A stretch of DNA of 64,000 bases from an uncultured delta proteobacterium (GTDB lineage Bacteria > Desulfobacterota > Desulfomonilia > UBA1062): assembly GCA_963785235.1 (NCBI GenBank), contig CAWAUM010000003.1, forward strand, positions 288,001 to 352,000, given 5' to 3'. Positions 61,705-64,000 of the stretch are shown in pieces (the stretch's first letter is position 1; the number at the start of each line of letters is the position of its first letter). The notes beneath the pieces are model-generated. The model ran no database searches. It had not been told where the DNA came from and worked only from the letters and a program-made list of their open reading frames with translations. The position numbers and the translations under genes are program-made.

Positions 61705-61735
61705 GAGGGGATGTCATTGGTACATCCCCTCTTTT
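61705..61735 (+). terminator. Terminator-like hairpin in divergent intergenic region
   Basis: GAGGGGATGT-N7-ACATCCCCTC-TTTT. Confidence 0.5.
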
Positions 61736-61840
61736 CATTATTACATGATTGAAATCACAATGAACACGGAATTGACTTTACTAATGTAATTTTTTCGTTA
61801 TACCGATAGACGAATATATCACTTCAGGAGGGTACCGCAG

Positions 61841-62128
61841 ATGAGATGCCCGAAATGTGGCTATATCAGTTACGATTACTTAGACCGTTGCAAGAGCTGC
61901 GGGGAAGACCTTATCCCTTCCAAGATAAAACTCAACATCTATACGAAGCAACCGGAAATAGAAATCAGCGATGAAGGCTTTGCCATAGACAAGGTAGAAG
62001 AAGATCGCAAGGATCTGCTCGGCCAGGAATCACCCCGAAAAAGCAAGGATGTCTCGATGGATGACGTGCTCAAAGAAGAGGGTGAAACCCTGGAAAGTTT
62101 TGACTTCGGCGAAGACGAAAAGTCTTGA
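61841..62128 (+). CDS. Zinc-ribbon protein with acidic tail
   Basis: MRCPKCGYISYDYLDRCKSCG; RBS AGGAGG. Confidence 0.75.
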   Translation: MRCPKCGYISYDYLDRCKSCGEDLIPSKIKLNIYTKQPEIEISDEGFAIDKVEEDRKDLLGQESPRKSKDVSMDDVLKEEGETLESFDFGEDEKS

Positions 62129-62164
62129 CAAGGCCCCCCAAATTCAATACACAACCCTACGGTT

Positions 62165-62237
<73 letters not shown>

Positions 62238-62427
62238 TCAGTCGTACCCTTTCCTAAAATTACCAATCCTCGATAAAATTTTCATAATTCAATTGTAAAA
62301 TCTGTTTTTCATAGCTGTATTTCCTGACCCCACGTCTCCATACGAGCTGACAACCCTTTTGACTTTTTGCGAGTTCATAAGTAAAAGAACATAAATTCAA
62401 GTTATAAATGTGCTTTAGGGAGAAGAC

Positions 62428-63753
62428 ATGAAAATCTGCATGATTGGCAGCGGTTATGTCGGTTTAGTTACCGGTGCATGCCTGGCCGAGATGGGTAATG
62501 ACATTATCTGCGTAGATGAGAACCCTGAGAAGATCTCCGCGCTGCTGCGCGGTGAGATCCCCATCTATGAGCCGGGGCTTAAGGAGATCGTTGCCCGTAA
62601 TGCAGAAGAAGGCCGGATAAAATTCACCACGGATATGAGAGAAGGCGTCAGCCAGAGCCTGCTCTGCTTAATCTGTGTCGGCACGCCCCAGGACAAAGAC
62701 GGATCGGCCGACCTCACCTATGTCCTTACCGTCGCTTCTCAGTTGGGCGATATCATCGATGAATACAAGATCATCGTGGACAAATCCACCGTACCCGTCG
62801 GGACTGCGGAAAAGGTCCGCACCACCATCCGGAAAAAACTCGATGGCCGAGGACTGAAAAACATAGAATTCGACGTGGTATCCAACCCTGAATTTCTCAA
62901 AGAAGGCAATGCCATTGCGGATTTCATGAGGCCTGACCGGGTAATCATCGGTACCGATAATGTACGAACGGCCGAGATCCTCAAGGAATTGTACAATCCT
63001 TTTACCCGGACCACAAACAACCCTATCCTGATAATGGACATAAGGAGCGCTGAACTCACCAAATATGCATCAAACTGCTTCCTGGCAACCAAGGTTACCT
63101 TCATCAACGAACTTGCCATTCTCTGCGACAGACTCGGTGCGAACATAGACCTTGTGCGGGAAGGCATGGGAACAGACGAGCGTATCGGCCCCAGGTTTCT
63201 GCTTGCCGGGCCCGGTTTCGGCGGTTCCTGCTTTCCCAAAGACGTCCAGGCCCTTATCGCAACAGCCAGAAGCAACGACCATACCCTGGAGATCTGCGAG
63301 GCAACGTGGCGGGCAAATAAGCGTCAGAAGCACTATGTCGTGGAAAAAATTCTGAACCATTTCAAAGATGATGATTTAAGCAGCCTTACAATTGCAATAT
63401 GGGGGCTCACCTTCAAGCCCAAGACCGATGACGTGAGGGAGTCTCCGGCCATCGACATCATCAACGACCTCATGAGCCATGGAGTAAAGATCAGGGCATA
63501 TGACCCCAAGGGTATGGACAATGCCCGCGAGATGTTCCAGGACCGTATCCGGTATACCGACGATGCCTATGAGGCGCTCGAAGGCGCCGATTGCCTCGCC
63601 ATTATCACAGAGTGGAACATGTTCAAGAGCCCGGATATAAAACGCATCAAATCACTCCTGAAAAGGCCGGTGGTTGTTGACAGCCGCAACATCCTTAATG
63701 CCTCCGAGATGCGCTCGAACGGATTCACCTATTACAGCATCGGCAGGCCATGA
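62428..63753 (+). CDS. ugd: UDP-glucose 6-dehydrogenase
   Basis: GSGYVG, CVGTP, KSTVPVG, NPEFLKEG, GFGGSCFPKD. Confidence 0.95.
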   Translation: MKICMIGSGYVGLVTGACLAEMGNDIICVDENPEKISALLRGEIPIYEPGLKEIVARNAEEGRIKFTTDMREGVSQSLLCLICVGTPQDKDGSADLTYVLTVASQLGDIIDEYKIIVDKSTVPVGTAEKVRTTIRKKLDGRGLKNIEFDVVSNPEFLKEGNAIADFMRPDRVIIGTDNVRTAEILKELYNPFTRTTNNPILIMDIRSAELTKYASNCFLATKVTFINELAILCDRLGANIDLVREGMGTDERIGPRFLLAGPGFGGSCFPKDVQALIATARSNDHTLEICEATWRANKRQKHYVVEKILNHFKDDDLSSLTIAIWGLTFKPKTDDVRESPAIDIINDLMSHGVKIRAYDPKGMDNAREMFQDRIRYTDDAYEALEGADCLAIITEWNMFKSPDIKRIKSLLKRPVVVDSRNILNASEMRSNGFTYYSIGRP

Positions 63754-64000
63754 GGGTTCATGTGTTTGATGTCAGGCCGGGAGGATTATCATACCACCCA
63801 GGCGCTGCTTCAGGAGTTCAGGTAGCGCACTGTTGACCGGCTCGAGGCTAATCCCGGGCACGCCCCCAAAGACCTCACAGGCACGGGTTATGACCCGGTC
63901 ATCCCAGATGGTTTTGAGTTCATTCTTGGTAAGAGTTTCAGAGGCAATTGCAGGCCCCCATCCGCCCAGCCAGCTTGTAACAAAGTGATTGGCAAACCGG
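63732..64000 (-). CDS. 3' end of a hypothetical protein (partial, runs off window)
   Basis: Open frame RFANHFVTSWLGGWG...NPHGLPML* converging on ugd. Confidence 0.5.

Overview
A 64 kb bacterial chromosomal window, probably from a deltaproteobacterium (Desulfobacterota/Syntrophales-like; inferred from gene content only). In order it carries: a PilZ-like/PhcB-like methyltransferase; scpBA, trpS, a site-2 protease, sfsA, rluB and ihfB; two sigma54 activators and a TPR protein ahead of a flagellar block (flgBC fliEFGHIJ motE-like); a DUF47 / acyl-CoA ligase / radical SAM / membrane HD-GYP run; an AT-rich islet with a Phd-RelE toxin-antitoxin pair; a GC-richer accessory region (sigma54 activator and acyl-CoA ligase truncated head-to-head, an ABC/LolA-like export module, an ArsR-ACR3-thioredoxin cluster, PhzF, EmrAB); then a GAF kinase, class I adenylate cyclase, lgt, carD-PIN/TRAM-ispD-ispF-cysS-uvrB, a Kdo kinase-like gene, plsC, tRNA-Phe and ugd. 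About ten genes, some normally essential, carry frameshifting indels, which points to long-read assembly error rather than decay. The most striking signal is non-coding: seven copies of a dispersed intergenic element of about 150-230 bp. The more complete copies have terminal inverted repeats (approx. AAYCCGGATTTTGCA) around a central palindrome with 23-30 bp arms. The arms differ between copies but are perfectly self-complementary within five copies (one G-T pair in a sixth, the seventh degenerate), and the roughly 31 nt spacer occurs in both orientations relative to the asymmetric flanks (flip/flop).
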